Source: Eledone cirrhosa
Lineage: Eukaryota
NCBI GenBank assembly: GCA_964016885.1
Contig: OZ024740.1
Location: forward strand, 79,298,001 to 79,362,000
Length of the DNA stretch: 64,000 nt
Direction: 5' to 3'
The notes beneath the pieces are model-generated. The model was given only the letters and a program-made list of their open reading frames with translations. It was not told the origin of the DNA and ran no database searches. Shown piece by piece: positions 14,244 to 26,159 of the stretch; the stretch's first letter is position 1; each line of letters starts with the position of its first letter. A program made the position numbers and the translations under genes.

Positions 14244-14957
14244 AGATAAATCTACCAAAATGTACGGTAGTGTTCAATCCGTATGAAGAACTCAATGTAA
14301 TCCGAATATCATGAAAAGAGAAGATGTATTCAAAAAATTTTTTAGATGAAAAATACAGGAAAACAGAGTCAAAATAAATTTTAAAAATAATGAATAAAAA
14401 CAAAGAAACAGTTCCTTATATTAAAAAATTCATCATTTTACGATCGTTTCTAGGATATATATGTTAGTGTTGGTATGTATATCATATAGATCTATGTAAA
14501 TTTTTTACAAACTATCAGAGGGAATATACATACCTACACATATATATGCTGTCTTCAGAAATATTTGTTTATTGAAGAAAACCAACAAGGATTTAATATA
14601 ATAGGTTTGTTTGGGAACAGGTTTTGAATTGACCAATAGAAATGTAGTAAAGGTCAAGATGGTAAAATAGTAGTAATAGAACTTTAATTTAGGGGTAGAG
14701 GAAGGTAGATTTCAGTTTTGGATGGAAAGAGTATGATGAATGAAAGATTATTTTAGGGATGAAAATAGGTCATATGCTGTTTTCAGAAATAATTATATTT
14801 GTTTATTGAAAAGAACCAACAAAGATTAAATATAATTTATATATATATATATATTTGCCTATACACACACACACACACACGCATATATATTTGCCTATAC
14901 ATACATATATATATATATATCCATGGAGTGTAACTTGGAGTTACTGTAAGTTCACCC

Positions 14958-15048
<91 letters not shown>

Positions 15049-15128
15049 TATACATATATACATTTGCCTATATATATATATTATGGAATACTGTTGGCTT
15101 CTTGCTCACAATAATTTCTATACTTTTC

Positions 15129-15198
<70 letters not shown>

Positions 15199-15200
<2 letters not shown>

Positions 15201-15490
15201 ATAAGATCAAAAGATGGTTAAATGAGTTCCATGTATTTTATTATACGCATTTCAAAAACAAGTGTTTTTAACCTTCATATCATGTCTTCCCATTTTATCT
15301 GATGAAAACACAAATGTTATTGCATGATGATATTTGTTTTTGAAATGCGTATAATAAAATACATGGAACTCATTTAACCATCTTTTGATCTTATATATTA
15401 TGTATACCCCAGTCCTACAAACGGTAGAGTGCTTCTTATCCGATATCTGCATTGCTTTATTGTGCTACAATAAAACTCACCTCCTACATA
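15199..15490. mobile_element. Fold-back mini-PLE, family F
   Basis: 15199-15261 is the reverse complement of 15334-15396; HHR 15292-15360; tail to 15490; siblings at 36948 and 37540. Confidence 0.85.
15292..15360 (+). ncRNA. Hammerhead ribozyme (family F)
   Basis: attttat-CTGATGA-aaacacaaatgttat tgc atgatgatatttgttttt-GAAA-tgcgta-TA-ataaaat. Confidence 0.88.
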
Positions 15491-16717
15491 TATATATATG
15501 TATATATATTGCATGCATGTATCCGTTTTTATGTATATATATTTATGTATGAATCTATATAGTTATATGTGTATCTACATAACTATATGGATGCTCGTTT
15601 GCATGGCAATGTATGTGAATATTTATTATTCTATATGCAAGCTTGTAGGTGTGTGTATATAGGTGTGTGTGTGTGTGTGTGTGGGGGGGGGGGTGTGTGT
15701 GTGTGTGTGTGTACACATGTATATTAAATGTTGACTAATTTAACGCAAACAAAAGACAGCCACAAAAGAAAGAACAGAAAAGAGAAGGAAGAAAGGGGAA
15801 GGAAGTGAAAGGAAAGGGAAGCTATTACACCCTAGTCTAGACAGTATATTTCAACTGAGAAGATGACGAAAGCATTGGCATGGAAAACAGCCACCATTAC
15901 TCGCTGCATCGGCCATTCCATCTCACAGAGCTCTCTCCTCTGACGTGATGTCATCATCTTAACATGGCATAACATGGCATAGGAAAACGTACGTCCCGAA
16001 ACTGGGGACATAGGAGGTTTCAATGGTGAAAGGAATCGGTCAATCAATGCTTGGTATTTAGCCATCACCCGCTCGTCTAGGTTGTGAGCGACAGCGCTTG
16101 GGTTTCTAGTCGAAGCGGCGAGGTTGATACCAGAAAACTTGTTGAATTAAATGCTCTTTCGGGTGAGCGACAGTCTCCCTTAAAATGTGAGTAGGATTAT
16201 CTTAGTTTAGCTGTCTACCGTCACCACGGCCAAGGCAAACGCAGACAGGCTCCATTTGTGGAGCAAAACTGGTCGCACATGGGCCCCTCTTAATAATATC
16301 ATTCAAAACTTCAAAACGGCGTGTCAAGGAAGACGGCATGCACCGTAAAGACAAGAGAGAGGGTGTAGCTCACACTCAGCAATGGTATTTGTGTGGTTCA
16401 TACACGCAAGGGCCAAGACACAATACAACTCCGATGCGGGTGTACACATTATCAAGAACGGTTCCGGTTGACGCAGAAGGCACCGCATTTAGTCATACGA
16501 CACTGTTTAGTTGTGGGGCAGACTGGATGTAGGCAAGACAGTGTTTTGATCTTGAAATTGCGAGTCAGTGTCAGTTGATTGAAGTTTTTTTCACCACTCA
16601 CTATATTCAGAATGCGAGAGTCTATTTGTATATGTGCATTCCATGCCGAACGCTCACGTCAGGCATTTTCACTTCTAGTCTCTACTCACACACACACACA
16701 GACACACACAGAGACAG

Positions 16718-16831
<114 letters not shown>

Positions 16832-16901
16832 ACAGACACACACACCCACACACACGTGTGTGTGTGTAATGATGGAGTAACCACTCGTCCTTGTTTTATT
16901 T

Positions 16902-16975
<74 letters not shown>

Positions 16976-16981
16976 TATATG

Positions 16982-17028
<47 letters not shown>

Positions 17029-17053
17029 GATGTATATATATATATATATATAT

Positions 17054-17122
17054 AGTAATAATAATAAATTTGAAGACTAAAATCCAAAGAGGGCTCGATA
17101 TTTTAATAAATATTTTAATAAA
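17054..17122. mobile_element. Micro-insertion, family D (inverted tail plus 3' end)
   Basis: 17054-17100 is the reverse complement of the family D tail at 19598-19645. Confidence 0.75.
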
Positions 17123-17134
17123 TATATATATATA

Positions 17135-17312
17135 TATGTAAAAGGTAAACAGAAATAACAACACAATCGGTACAGTATATGGAAGGGATATATTAATACC
17201 GATTGTGTTGTTATTTCTGTTTACCTTTTACATACATCCTAAACGGACGGTAGTCCGTTTAGTAATATTGTTGTGGTCGTGTTTTCGTTGGCAATCGTCT
17301 GTTTACGACAGT
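17135..17312. mobile_element. Fold-back mini-PLE, family J
   Basis: 17135-17172 is the reverse complement of 17197-17234; same end sequence follows the HHRs at 37274 and 63374. Confidence 0.75.
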
Positions 17313-17508
17313 ACAGCGCGGCTCTACTTTATTTAACTGAGATAAAACTTATATGAGCATGAACAGTAGATCATTACGCATCTTTTGGCTTAAAAATCTA
17401 GAAATTTGGTCCAGCGGGAAAAAGTTTATAATCAAAGTTTGCTGATAAATCTTGTGTTCAAGTGAGTGAGTAGTAAGCATGACGCTAGGGGAGGTAATCC
17501 AGAAATGA

Positions 17509-17694
17509 CGACGTTTGGAAAAGTTTAATTACTGCATGAAAGAAATGATTCAAAAATTGAACTTGCCCAATCTTCACAACATTGAAAATTGGTCAAAATT
17601 TGACAAATCTGACTTCAAACCAGATATGATTCATTTGAACAATGTTGGAAATCTTAAATTGACACAAATTTTTGCCAATGTTTTTACCACCTGA
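17509..17694 (+). pseudogene. SGNH/GDSL hydrolase C-terminal fragment
   Basis: My translation RRLEKFNYCMKEMIQKLNLPNLHNIENWSKFDKSDFKPDMIHLNNVGNLKLTQIFANVFTT*; block V DxxHxNxxG motif. Confidence 0.6.
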
Positions 17695-17874
17695 TTCTTG
17701 TTCTATGGCTGACTGACTAATTTTGTGACTTAATAAAATGTCATCATACTAGTAATGCACAATGGTTATTTTTAAATTTAAATTTTATTAAATAGTTGTT
17801 GCTTGCATTGCCTTAAAATAGTAACAAGAATGTACACATACTTTTTAAAAATACATCATTATCAGTCAAATCAG

Positions 17875-18234
17875 TCAAATGTCACTAAAAGCCAGGTGGT
17901 CGATAACAACTTCTATAAGATTAGTTACATGCTCACACATTGGATCACCTCTCATCAATGGCATTGGGTGTCTGAGATAATCGTGGAGATAACTGATGAA
18001 GTCACAAATGAAGTGATGGTCTTCCAGTGTGAACAACTCCCTATATTCATTGATATATGTGATGGCTTCCGATTCATAGGTGCATTTTATGAGGAATTCC
18101 ATGCATCCGATTTTCAGTGATTCAATAGGCATTTTATCAGAGATGATAAGGTATTTGACCACGTTTTGCTTTGTAAGTAAATTGGAGAGAATCACTGCAG
18201 TCAAAGTCATTTCTTTGCATGGGTTTTTGTCCAT
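17875..18234 (-). CDS. Small ORF or exon with BACK-like (BTB-associated) helix pattern
   Basis: LTKQNVVKYLIISDKMPIESLKIGCMEFL resembles L..eN...l..Ad......Lk..C..fi; pyrimidine tract and AG acceptor just upstream. Confidence 0.4.
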   Translation of the reverse strand: MDKNPCKEMTLTAVILSNLLTKQNVVKYLIISDKMPIESLKIGCMEFLIKCTYESEAITYINEYRELFTLEDHHFICDFISYLHDYLRHPMPLMRGDPMCEHVTNLIEVVIDHLAFSDI

Positions 18235-18559
18235 TCTAAAAAGTTAAAATGATAAAGTATTACTACTATATAACTTACATCTATTGTTGTAACACCATTG
18301 AAATGCACAAGTTTCACTAATTCACTATTATGCACTAATCATCTCAAATGCATTCATGATTTACTAGGTTTGTCATTAAGCCAGTTGCCTCAACTAGATT
18401 GCAATTATACTCAAAAGAACTTTAAAATGTCAATCACTTGTCAGTAATTCACTATGATCATTTAATTATTAGATAGTTGTTGCTTGCATTGCCTTAAAAA
18501 ATAGTAGACCAGATAGAAAAACGCGTACAGCAAAAAAAAAGTAATATTGTTGGAATATA

Positions 18560-18690
18560 AACCTTTAAAAATACAGGACAAGAAACTAAAATAAAACTTT
18601 AAAAGAATAGGACAAGAAACTAAGATAACACTTTAAAAGAATAGGACAAGAAACTAAGATAAAACTTTAAAGAATTGGACAAAAAATAAA
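18560..18690. repeat. ~34-bp tandem repeat, about 4 copies
   Basis: ctttaaaagaataggacaagaaactaagataaaa repeated. Confidence 0.9.
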
Positions 18691-18779
18691 AGATTTTACA
18701 ATAATATTAGTGGCAACATTTTTTTATTCGTTTCCTGTGCTATGCCCCAGTATCTTCTTGATTAGTGCATAATAATTGT

Positions 18780-19640
18780 CATGCTCTCATTGTGCGTTGC
18801 CCCTGAGCGGTTGGTTCTGGTTGGGGTTGGTTGGCTGAGCAGTTCTGCTCCGTCAGAATGACCATTGCAAGAAGTGTGTGCGCTTGTTATATACGTATTT
18901 ATTTATTTATATACGTTTATATAATTATTTATTTATTTGTATACACGCATACACACACACACATATTTATATGTGCGGGGTTTTGTATACCTATGGTAAG
19001 TTTTTGCGTATGCTCGTGTATGTACGTATTTGTTTGCGTGTATGTATTTATTTATTTCTATTACTTCTGCATTGTATTTATTTACTTTGTTCTTAACTCT
19101 GTAGCGGTGATTCATTTGGTCTCCTTGTTAGAATTTTAGTCTACGACTTCTGCTATACCATTTACGTGGTTTTGTCTTTGCGTGCTATTGCTCTCCACGC
19201 TACACATATGACGTATTATCTTCGTTTTTTCGTTCATTGCCAGAGAACGTCTCTATGCACCACCTAAGAGAACATCAGTCTACGACCTCTTTTATACAAT
19301 AAACGTGGTTCTGTCTTTGCGCGTAATTGTTTTTCACCGCTCCTATTAATGACGTATTATATTCGTTTTTTCCCGTTCTTTGCCAGCGAACGTTACCACG
19401 AACCAAAGTATCGTCTTCCTGTCTTCCTCCGGTTGCAACGTTTTTTGAAATATCCAGTTCTGCGTTTACAGATTGACTTTGTTAGTTTCAGAAGATCCCG
19501 TTAAGGGTGAAAGCAGCGATTCTTTGCTTAAACTTTAATCTGTTATTTTAATAAATATTTGCTCTACGGTTCTTATATATTTGATATATATTTTCCTTAT
19601 CGAGCCCTCTTTGGATTTTAGTCTTCAATTTTATTATTAT

Positions 19641-19645
<5 letters not shown>
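18780..19645 (+). mobile_element. Longest family D PLE 3' UTR/pLTR, with tail
   Basis: ~115-bp internal duplication (19138/19277); HHR 19484-19534; end matches at least 6 other copies; left boundary uncertain. Confidence 0.75.
19484..19534 (+). ncRNA. Hammerhead ribozyme (family D, U4A core)
   Basis: agttt-CAGAAGA-tccc gttaa gggt-GAAA-gca gcgattctt tgc-TT-aaact; same core at 60224-60274. Confidence 0.85.
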
Positions 19646-19687
<42 letters not shown>

Positions 19688-19690
<3 letters not shown>

Positions 19691-19738
19691 GTTTCTGAAT
19701 TTGTTTAGCATAATGACCCTCCCAAAGTATAACAATAT
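19688..19738. mobile_element. ~50-bp family A micro-insertion
   Basis: tcgtttctgaatttgtttagca (inverted tail end) joined to atgaccctcccaaagtataacaat (forward 3' end), inside (TA)n. Confidence 0.85.
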
Positions 19739-19781
19739 ATATATATACATCTACATATAATATATATATATATAATATTAT

Positions 19782-20700
19782 AATGAAATGACAGGAGGCT
19801 GGATTTGTGTAAATCCTTGAAAGGTTTATTATACTATGATCATTTCAATGACCGGGTTCCGTATGAATCCGGTGATATCATCAGGTATACGAAATATAAT
19901 ACGTGAATGTAATAGATGAAATCCATGGGGCTGAAAATCAAAGACCCGAGGGCGACCGCCATCCACCATCTTCTACCTTTGCCGGTCGTCCTCGAGTGAC
20001 GTGGCTAAAGCTTACAGTGTGCTACTACCGGTCAAATAAAGGAAAATAGAAAGGGATAGGAACATAAGTTAGCGTTAATATCATGCCACAAGAAAAAAGA
20101 AAGAAAGAAAGAAGAGAGAAGAAGGGGAAGGAAGAAGAAGAGAGGCCAGGGTTAATGTCAGCCATAAGAAGAAAGACAGAAAGAAAGAGGAGGAAAGGTC
20201 GATATTACAGTCAGGCCAGGAATGTCGCGAAAAATTTTTTATTCTAAGGGACCCGTATCTTAACAACTACTACCGGTCAAATATAGGCAAACAAAAAGGG
20301 GCAGGAAGATAAGTCAGCGGGAGGAAGACAGAAAGAAGGGAGAAGAGAAGGAAGAAGGAGAAAAGTCAGGGTTCATGGCTACAAGAAGAAAGATAGAAAG
20401 AAAGAGGAAGAAAGTTCGATATTAATGTCAGACTACAGTCAGGCTAGGAATGGCGCGAAAAATTTTTTCAAAGGGACCCGTATCTTAGCAGAGGTAAATA
20501 TAGTGGGGGTCAGTGTGTTATAATGTGTGAGCAGAAGATTGGAACGTTACATTTTTGTTTAGACTTATAGGATGAAGTTAAAAAATTAATATTTAATATT
20601 AACATTATAAAATTAAAGAAATTAGAAAATTTAAAGTTAAACAGTTTAACATCTTTAAGGTTGCGAGGTTTAAGCAAAGAAAGAGACTTTTATGAAGACA
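19782..20700 (-). mobile_element. PLE-like 3' UTR remnant with ~240-bp tandem duplication
   Basis: Minus-strand HHR 19830-19889; 20021-20262 similar to 20268-20490. Confidence 0.6.
19830..19889 (-). ncRNA. Hammerhead ribozyme
   Basis: Minus strand: tatac-CTGATGA-tatc accggattc atacg gaacccggt catt-GAAA-tgatca-TA-gtata. Confidence 0.88.
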
Positions 20701-20724
20701 CTTAAATTTTATTATAGAGTAAAG

Positions 20725-21045
20725 ATGACACACACAGAAACAAGATGACGTAGGACAGAACAAAGGAAAGGCACAAAAACAAAGAAAAAATCCCCAGTCA
20801 CTGAAGAGGTCACAGAATGTGTGACGAAAGAACTTTGACAATATATAAACAACCATCTGGTTGTGGAACCAACCAACCAACCGGAAATTTATAAATTCCT
20901 AAATTTATAAATTTATTATAATAAATTGAAGTGAAAGCAACTGGTGCGTGTGTTTCTTATTGGCAACATGACCCTCCCAAAGTATAACAATATCGGTTTC
21001 AACACACGTTTTCAGATAAAGAATCTTGCTAAACAAATTCAGAAA

Positions 21046-21050
<5 letters not shown>
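20725..21050 (+). mobile_element. Family A pLTR with tail; HHR at 20797-20839
   Basis: gtca-CTGAAGA-g gtcaca gaatg tgtgac-GAAA-gaac-TT-tgac. Confidence 0.87.
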
Positions 21051-21121
<71 letters not shown>

Positions 21122-21328
21122 ATACAAGATTGGATTTAGACCTTTGGTGGCCAGAGGCATTTCTGATCTGGGGGCCCCCTCATACACAAAAATTTAGAAT
21201 ACACAACAACCACTCCAAATTATACGTGCATATTTAAGCTCCTATGCTTAATCATTTATCATAACCTAATTATGCTGCATCTAACTTACTCCACCCTTTT
21301 TCGCTCATCCTCACCGCATACGTTGTGA

Positions 21329-21359
21329 TCTCTCTCTCTCCCCCTGTCTGTATCTCTCT

Positions 21360-21399
<40 letters not shown>

Positions 21400-21456
21400 T
21401 TCTCTCTCTCTCTCCATCACTCTCTCTCTCCCCCTCCCCCTCCCCTCTCTCTCTCC

Positions 21457-21513
<57 letters not shown>

Positions 21514-21514
21514 A

Positions 21515-21592
<78 letters not shown>

Positions 21593-21604
21593 CCCTCTCT
21601 CTCT
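21329..21604. repeat. (CT)n polypyrimidine microsatellite
   Basis: Direct reading. Confidence 0.98.
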
Positions 21605-21626
21605 GTATATATATGTATATATATAT

Positions 21627-21810
21627 AACAAAATTTAATATAGAAATGTCTTCTAACAGGACTAGAACTGTTTCATTCGAAGGAAATCACCAGGAAAGTC
21701 CTGATGATTTCCTCCGAATGAAACAGTTCTAGTCCAGTAGAATCCATTTGTATAATAAATTGTGTTGTATACACTCTACTAATGTATTGAGTACCTTACT
21801 GTGATTACCG
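21627..21810. mobile_element. Fold-back family C element with back-to-back HHRs
   Basis: Minus HHR ~21650-21697 (CTGGTGA variant) and plus HHR ~21698-21743. Confidence 0.82.
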
Positions 21811-21813
21811 CTG

Positions 21814-21847
<34 letters not shown>

Positions 21848-21855
21848 GTGTGTAC

Positions 21856-21915
<60 letters not shown>

Positions 21916-21932
21916 ATGAATGTATGTATATA

Positions 21933-21972
<40 letters not shown>

Positions 21973-22144
21973 CACAACTGAATACTAACCCATACAATCA
22001 CTAATACTCTTTTATTCCTAATTAAACCATTTTTCAACTGTGAACAGTTTGTCAGCATTTTCTATTCCGTTTACCAATATATAATAACTTGTGTGTTACA
22101 CCTCTATTCTTTTAACTATCATATCCTCACACGAGATACAGAAA

Positions 22145-23455
22145 ATGCCAACAAAAACGGATACAACCCTCATCAACTCAAATGAAGAGATCCTACAGGA
22201 ACTCAAGAAAATCAACACCAACCTATCTTTGCTGGTCGACAAACTTGACTCCACAAATAAGGAAACCGCCACCGGATACAAACCCTCCGAAATCGGCGAC
22301 AAACTCCAAAACCTTTGCGATACTATCCAAACTATGTTCACTACTACCAACCCAGGAAAAACCAACGAAGAACCATGTGAGATTGATTCACACAAAATGA
22401 AAATTCGAACAATTCCAAAATGGAACAAATCCCTCAGAGACAGAAAGTTCTCATTCTGGAAGATGATACAAAATCACAACAAAGCAGAGATATATGAAAA
22501 ATGGCTTAACTCAACCCCTCTAACTCTCCCCCGTAAACTACAAATAAAGTCCATTCCAAATGAACCCGAACCTCAAAGACACCTTAGGGAAAGAATGGCA
22601 TTGGAAAAAATGAAGACAGAAATTGAACTTCTTAAACTGAGGGCCCAGACAAATGAGGAAAAAATCAAAACCATCGATGAAGAGATCCTCCTGGAAATCA
22701 ACAACAAAACTGAAGGCCCCAAGGTAGAGAAGATCTCCAAATTATGGAAAGGGGACTGCAACAGAGAAGAACTGAAATCCCTTCAACGCTGGGAAAAAAG
22801 TGCCGCTTGGTTCCTACACTATGAATCGACTTTTCAAACGGATTACACCTCCAATAACCCGTTCATAAAAATAGGAAAACCCATAACTGAACCGCACAAC
22901 AACTTCTCAAACCCCCAAGCCTCAAACAAACGAAGAAGGAAGCACCACACCGAAGATGAACTTCCTAACCTCGCTACCATAAGAAGGAACAAAAACCCAA
23001 GAAATCATCTCCCCCAGAATGACATTTACAACTTTCCCCCTTCAAGGAGACACCATACCAAATCACTCAACTACTACGCGGATTCCTCATCGTCAAACAT
23101 AGGGAAAAGATACCACCGCCATGATAGATGCAACAACTTTCCCGCTACAAGGGGACAGCAAGGTAATTACCATTTTCTCAACTCTCACTTCCACAATACA
23201 CAACAAACCCACACCACACGATACAACCAACAACGTAGGCCACTTATAACACCACAATACAACATGGCACATAGAAACACACACCCATACTCGCAGTACA
23301 GGAACACCCTATTCAATCTACAACCACCAACCCGAACCACATTTTACAACAACAAGGAATATAACAAACACAGGAGACCACTTAACATCAGCAGACAACC
23401 CCTCTACCCCAACCATTTTTTAGACACAGCACACAGATACAGGCAAACAAAATAA
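22145..23455 (+). CDS. PLE ORF1: coiled-coil middle and basic R/H/N-rich C-terminus
   Basis: Uninterrupted ~436 aa from ATG 22145; heptad-like ERMALEKMKTEIELLKLRAQTNEEKIKTIDEEI. Confidence 0.8.
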   Translation: MPTKTDTTLINSNEEILQELKKINTNLSLLVDKLDSTNKETATGYKPSEIGDKLQNLCDTIQTMFTTTNPGKTNEEPCEIDSHKMKIRTIPKWNKSLRDRKFSFWKMIQNHNKAEIYEKWLNSTPLTLPRKLQIKSIPNEPEPQRHLRERMALEKMKTEIELLKLRAQTNEEKIKTIDEEILLEINNKTEGPKVEKISKLWKGDCNREELKSLQRWEKSAAWFLHYESTFQTDYTSNNPFIKIGKPITEPHNNFSNPQASNKRRRKHHTEDELPNLATIRRNKNPRNHLPQNDIYNFPPSRRHHTKSLNYYADSSSSNIGKRYHRHDRCNNFPATRGQQGNYHFLNSHFHNTQQTHTTRYNQQRRPLITPQYNMAHRNTHPYSQYRNTLFNLQPPTRTTFYNNKEYNKHRRPLNISRQPLYPNHFLDTAHRYRQTK

Positions 23456-25344
23456 CACAAGACAGGGAGGAGAAACCGATAGTAATAAAAATTATCAATC
23501 TTACTAGTGCAGAACCAACACCCAACCTTATCAACTTACTCTCCAAAGGTCTTAAATTCACACCGACCCCACTACGTCCTAACTACTATGAAATGAAGGA
23601 AGACATCACAGACTTCTGTAGAAAGTTACGACTTAGTGAACAACTATTCGACCAGTACAATGAGGATGAATCATTAGCCAGAAATAGAAGCAATTACACC
23701 CCTTCAAAAGGTAGAAATAAAATCCTGGACGAATTCTGTGAACACATCACAAACTTCCCTTACCAACACTTGCACAGACAAAAATACAAGCCAAACCTCA
23801 ACAAGAAAGAATGGGAAGAATTAAATAGATTAAAAACCGACAGAACCATTACAATTAAAGAGGCTGATAAAGGGAGTACAGTAGTCCTAATGGAGACAGA
23901 ATTCTATATCAACTTAGCGCTCTCCACTTTGGAAAACGAAACATACTACGAAAAGGCTGAACACTACAATCAACAGAAAATTATGAGAAACCTAAAAACT
24001 CTAATCAACCAATACAAAGAAGGACTCACTAACAAGGAATTCAGCTTCATCACAGACTTCACAAGTAAATCCAGCCTTTTCTACGGTATCCCTAAAGTAC
24101 ATAAAAGCGAATCAATCAGTAAGGCATGCAAGGAAGCCACAGACATAGTCATCAATGTCCCCTCACCCAATGATCTCAAATTAAGACCTATAATAGCAGG
24201 CCCCGCTTGCGAAACGCACCGTCTTAGCAACTTCATTGATACTCTTCTCAAACCCTTCCTCAAGCACATCAAAAACTATATAAGGGACGACCTAGATATG
24301 CTCAATCACCTCCCTAATATGCCACTTTCTGAACAAACCCTACTAGTGACGTTCGATGTAGTCAACCTATACTCCAACATCCCCCACAACCTAGGAATAG
24401 AAGCTATCCAATTCTGGCTGGATAATTTCCACAATGAACTCCCACAACGCATCAAAAAAGAATTCGTGATAGAGGGACTCAAATTTATCTTGGAGAACAA
24501 TTACTTCGTTTTCAATAACAAACCCTACAGGCAGAAATCTGGGACCGCTATGGGAACGAAAACAGCCCCTACTTATGCCAACCTAGTCATGGGATACCAG
24601 GAAATCACCCTCTACACTAAAGTCCTAAACAAATTTGGAAACACCCTCCACTTACACATTGAAAGGAACTGGAAGCGATATCTAGATGACTGCTTCATCC
24701 TTTGGCACGAAAACATCGAAAAACTTAAAGAATTTCACACCCTTATAAATGGGCTCAACACAAATATTAACTTCACGATGGAATACAGCCATCAACAACT
24801 CCCCTTCCTCGACATCCTCATTAAGATCCATAACAAAAAAATAGAAACAGACTACAAGCCCACAGACTCCAAGCAATATCTCCCCTTCAACTCTTGCCAC
24901 CCTAGACACGTTAAAATTAATATTCCCTACAACTTAGCCAAGAGAATCTGTACTATAGTCTCCAATAAAAACATCTGCTACTTACGGCTACAAGAACTAA
25001 AGGAAACACTCATAGGCAGGGACTACCCTGCATCACTAATTGACAATGGAATCCAACGTGCCCTAAAACTCAGTACCCGGGACCTTAGACACCCTAAAGT
25101 AAATCAACCAAAACTAAAAGCTCTTCCATACATCTCCACACACAACCCCCTCAACAATGAGGCCTTTGACACCATCCTCCAGAACATCCCTGTATTGAAA
25201 AAGGACCATAGAATGAACCAAATTCTACGAACACACGATATCATAAAGAGCAAAAGACAATCCAAGTCAATGAAAAACATCTTAACACATGCCAAAGTAC
25301 TGCCAACCACAACAACGAAACCCACAGTAAAAAAAATGCGATAG
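23386..25344 (+). CDS. PLE reverse transcriptase
   Basis: Frame open from 23386: IINLTS..LLSKGLKFTPTP, IKEADKG, YGIPKVHK, LRPII, FDVVNLYSNIP, GTAMGT, RYLDD, LPFLD. Confidence 0.95.
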   Translation, partial: HQQTTPLPQPFFRHSTQIQANKITQDREEKPIVIKIINLTSAEPTPNLINLLSKGLKFTPTPLRPNYYEMKEDITDFCRKLRLSEQLFDQYNEDESLARNRSNYTPSKGRNKILDEFCEHITNFPYQHLHRQKYKPNLNKKEWEELNRLKTDRTITIKEADKGSTVVLMETEFYINLALSTLENETYYEKAEHYNQQKIMRNLKTLINQYKEGLTNKEFSFITDFTSKSSLFYGIPKVHKSESISKACKEATDIVINVPSPNDLKLRPIIAGPACETHRLSNFIDTLLKPFLKHIKNYIRDDLDMLNHLPNMPLSEQTLLVTFDVVNLYSNIPHNLGIEAIQFWLDNFHNELPQRIKKEFVIEGLKFILENNYFVFNNKPYRQKSGTAMGTKTAPTYANLVMGYQEITLYTKVLNKFGNTLHLHIERNWKRYLDDCFILWHENIEKLKEFHTLINGLNTNINFTMEYSHQQLPFLDILIKIHNKKIETDYKPTDSKQYLPFNSCHPRHVKINIPYNLAKRICTIVSNKNICYLRLQELKETLIGRDYPASLIDNGIQRALKLSTRDLRHPKVNQPKLKALPYISTHNPLNNEAFDTILQNIPVLKKDHRMNQILRTHDIIKSKRQSKSMKNILTHAKVLPTTTTKPTVKKMR

Positions 25345-25732
25345 ACCCAACTGTGGCATTTGCATCAACCTAATAGAGGGTTCGGAATTCTATTTCAAAG
25401 ATGGACAACGTTTTATAGTAAAACACAATTTCACATGTGCATCGGAAAATCTAATATATGTATTAACTTGTTCAGGTTGTCGAGAACAATACATAGGCCA
25501 GACCAAAAACAGCCTCCGCCAACGCATGACTGTCCATAGATCCCAAATTAAAATACGGGAATACAGGAAAATACCCCTGAGTGAACACATTGACACCTGT
25601 GCCGCCCAAAATCATCCCAACTTCAGAATCTTTCCCCTCAAATTTAAAGATAATGCCACCCACACCCAGCGCATCAGCAAGGAATCTTACTTCATTAACA
25701 AATACGGACCCCGTCTAAACACTTCTCCCTAA
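25337..25732 (+). CDS. Zn-knuckle linker plus GIY-YIG endonuclease, separated from RT by a +1 lesion in an A8 run
   Basis: CDRPNCGIC...NLIYVLTCSGCREQYIGQTK...R...E...LN. Confidence 0.9.
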   Translation, partial: CDRPNCGICINLIEGSEFYFKDGQRFIVKHNFTCASENLIYVLTCSGCREQYIGQTKNSLRQRMTVHRSQIKIREYRKIPLSEHIDTCAAQNHPNFRIFPLKFKDNATHTQRISKESYFINKYGPRLNTSP

Positions 25733-26114
25733 GACGAACCCACAACATACACACGTCAACATACATACCTACATCAGCACACATCTCTACCCACATATAA
25801 ACACAATGACACACGTAAACACACATGCTCTATGGTGCAATACAAAAAAATATATGTGCATATATATGTATGTATATATGTATATATATATATATATGTA
25901 GTGAATATGTGTATGTGTATATATATATAGTGAATATCATTTCACACCTTTTATTGTTAAGATTTTTGATGTTCTATTAAGAGAACCGATTTTACTGAAA
26001 AAATCGAATAATGTACACCATTTTACCAGGGGGAAAAAAATACTGGTCCCCCCCCCCACACACACATATATACACAAACACATACACACGCGTACATCAA
26101 CATACAAAGAGACT

Positions 26115-26159
<45 letters not shown>

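Noticed and set aside
14435-14520. Minus-strand hammerhead (GAAA-cgatcg-TA)
   Set aside because: 3' half is plausible but there is no CUGANGA with a matching stem I; too decayed to call.
25329-25336. Programmed frameshift between RT and endonuclease
   Set aside because: It is a +1 offset in a homopolymer, and the related family G copy reads through in frame; mutation or sequencing error.
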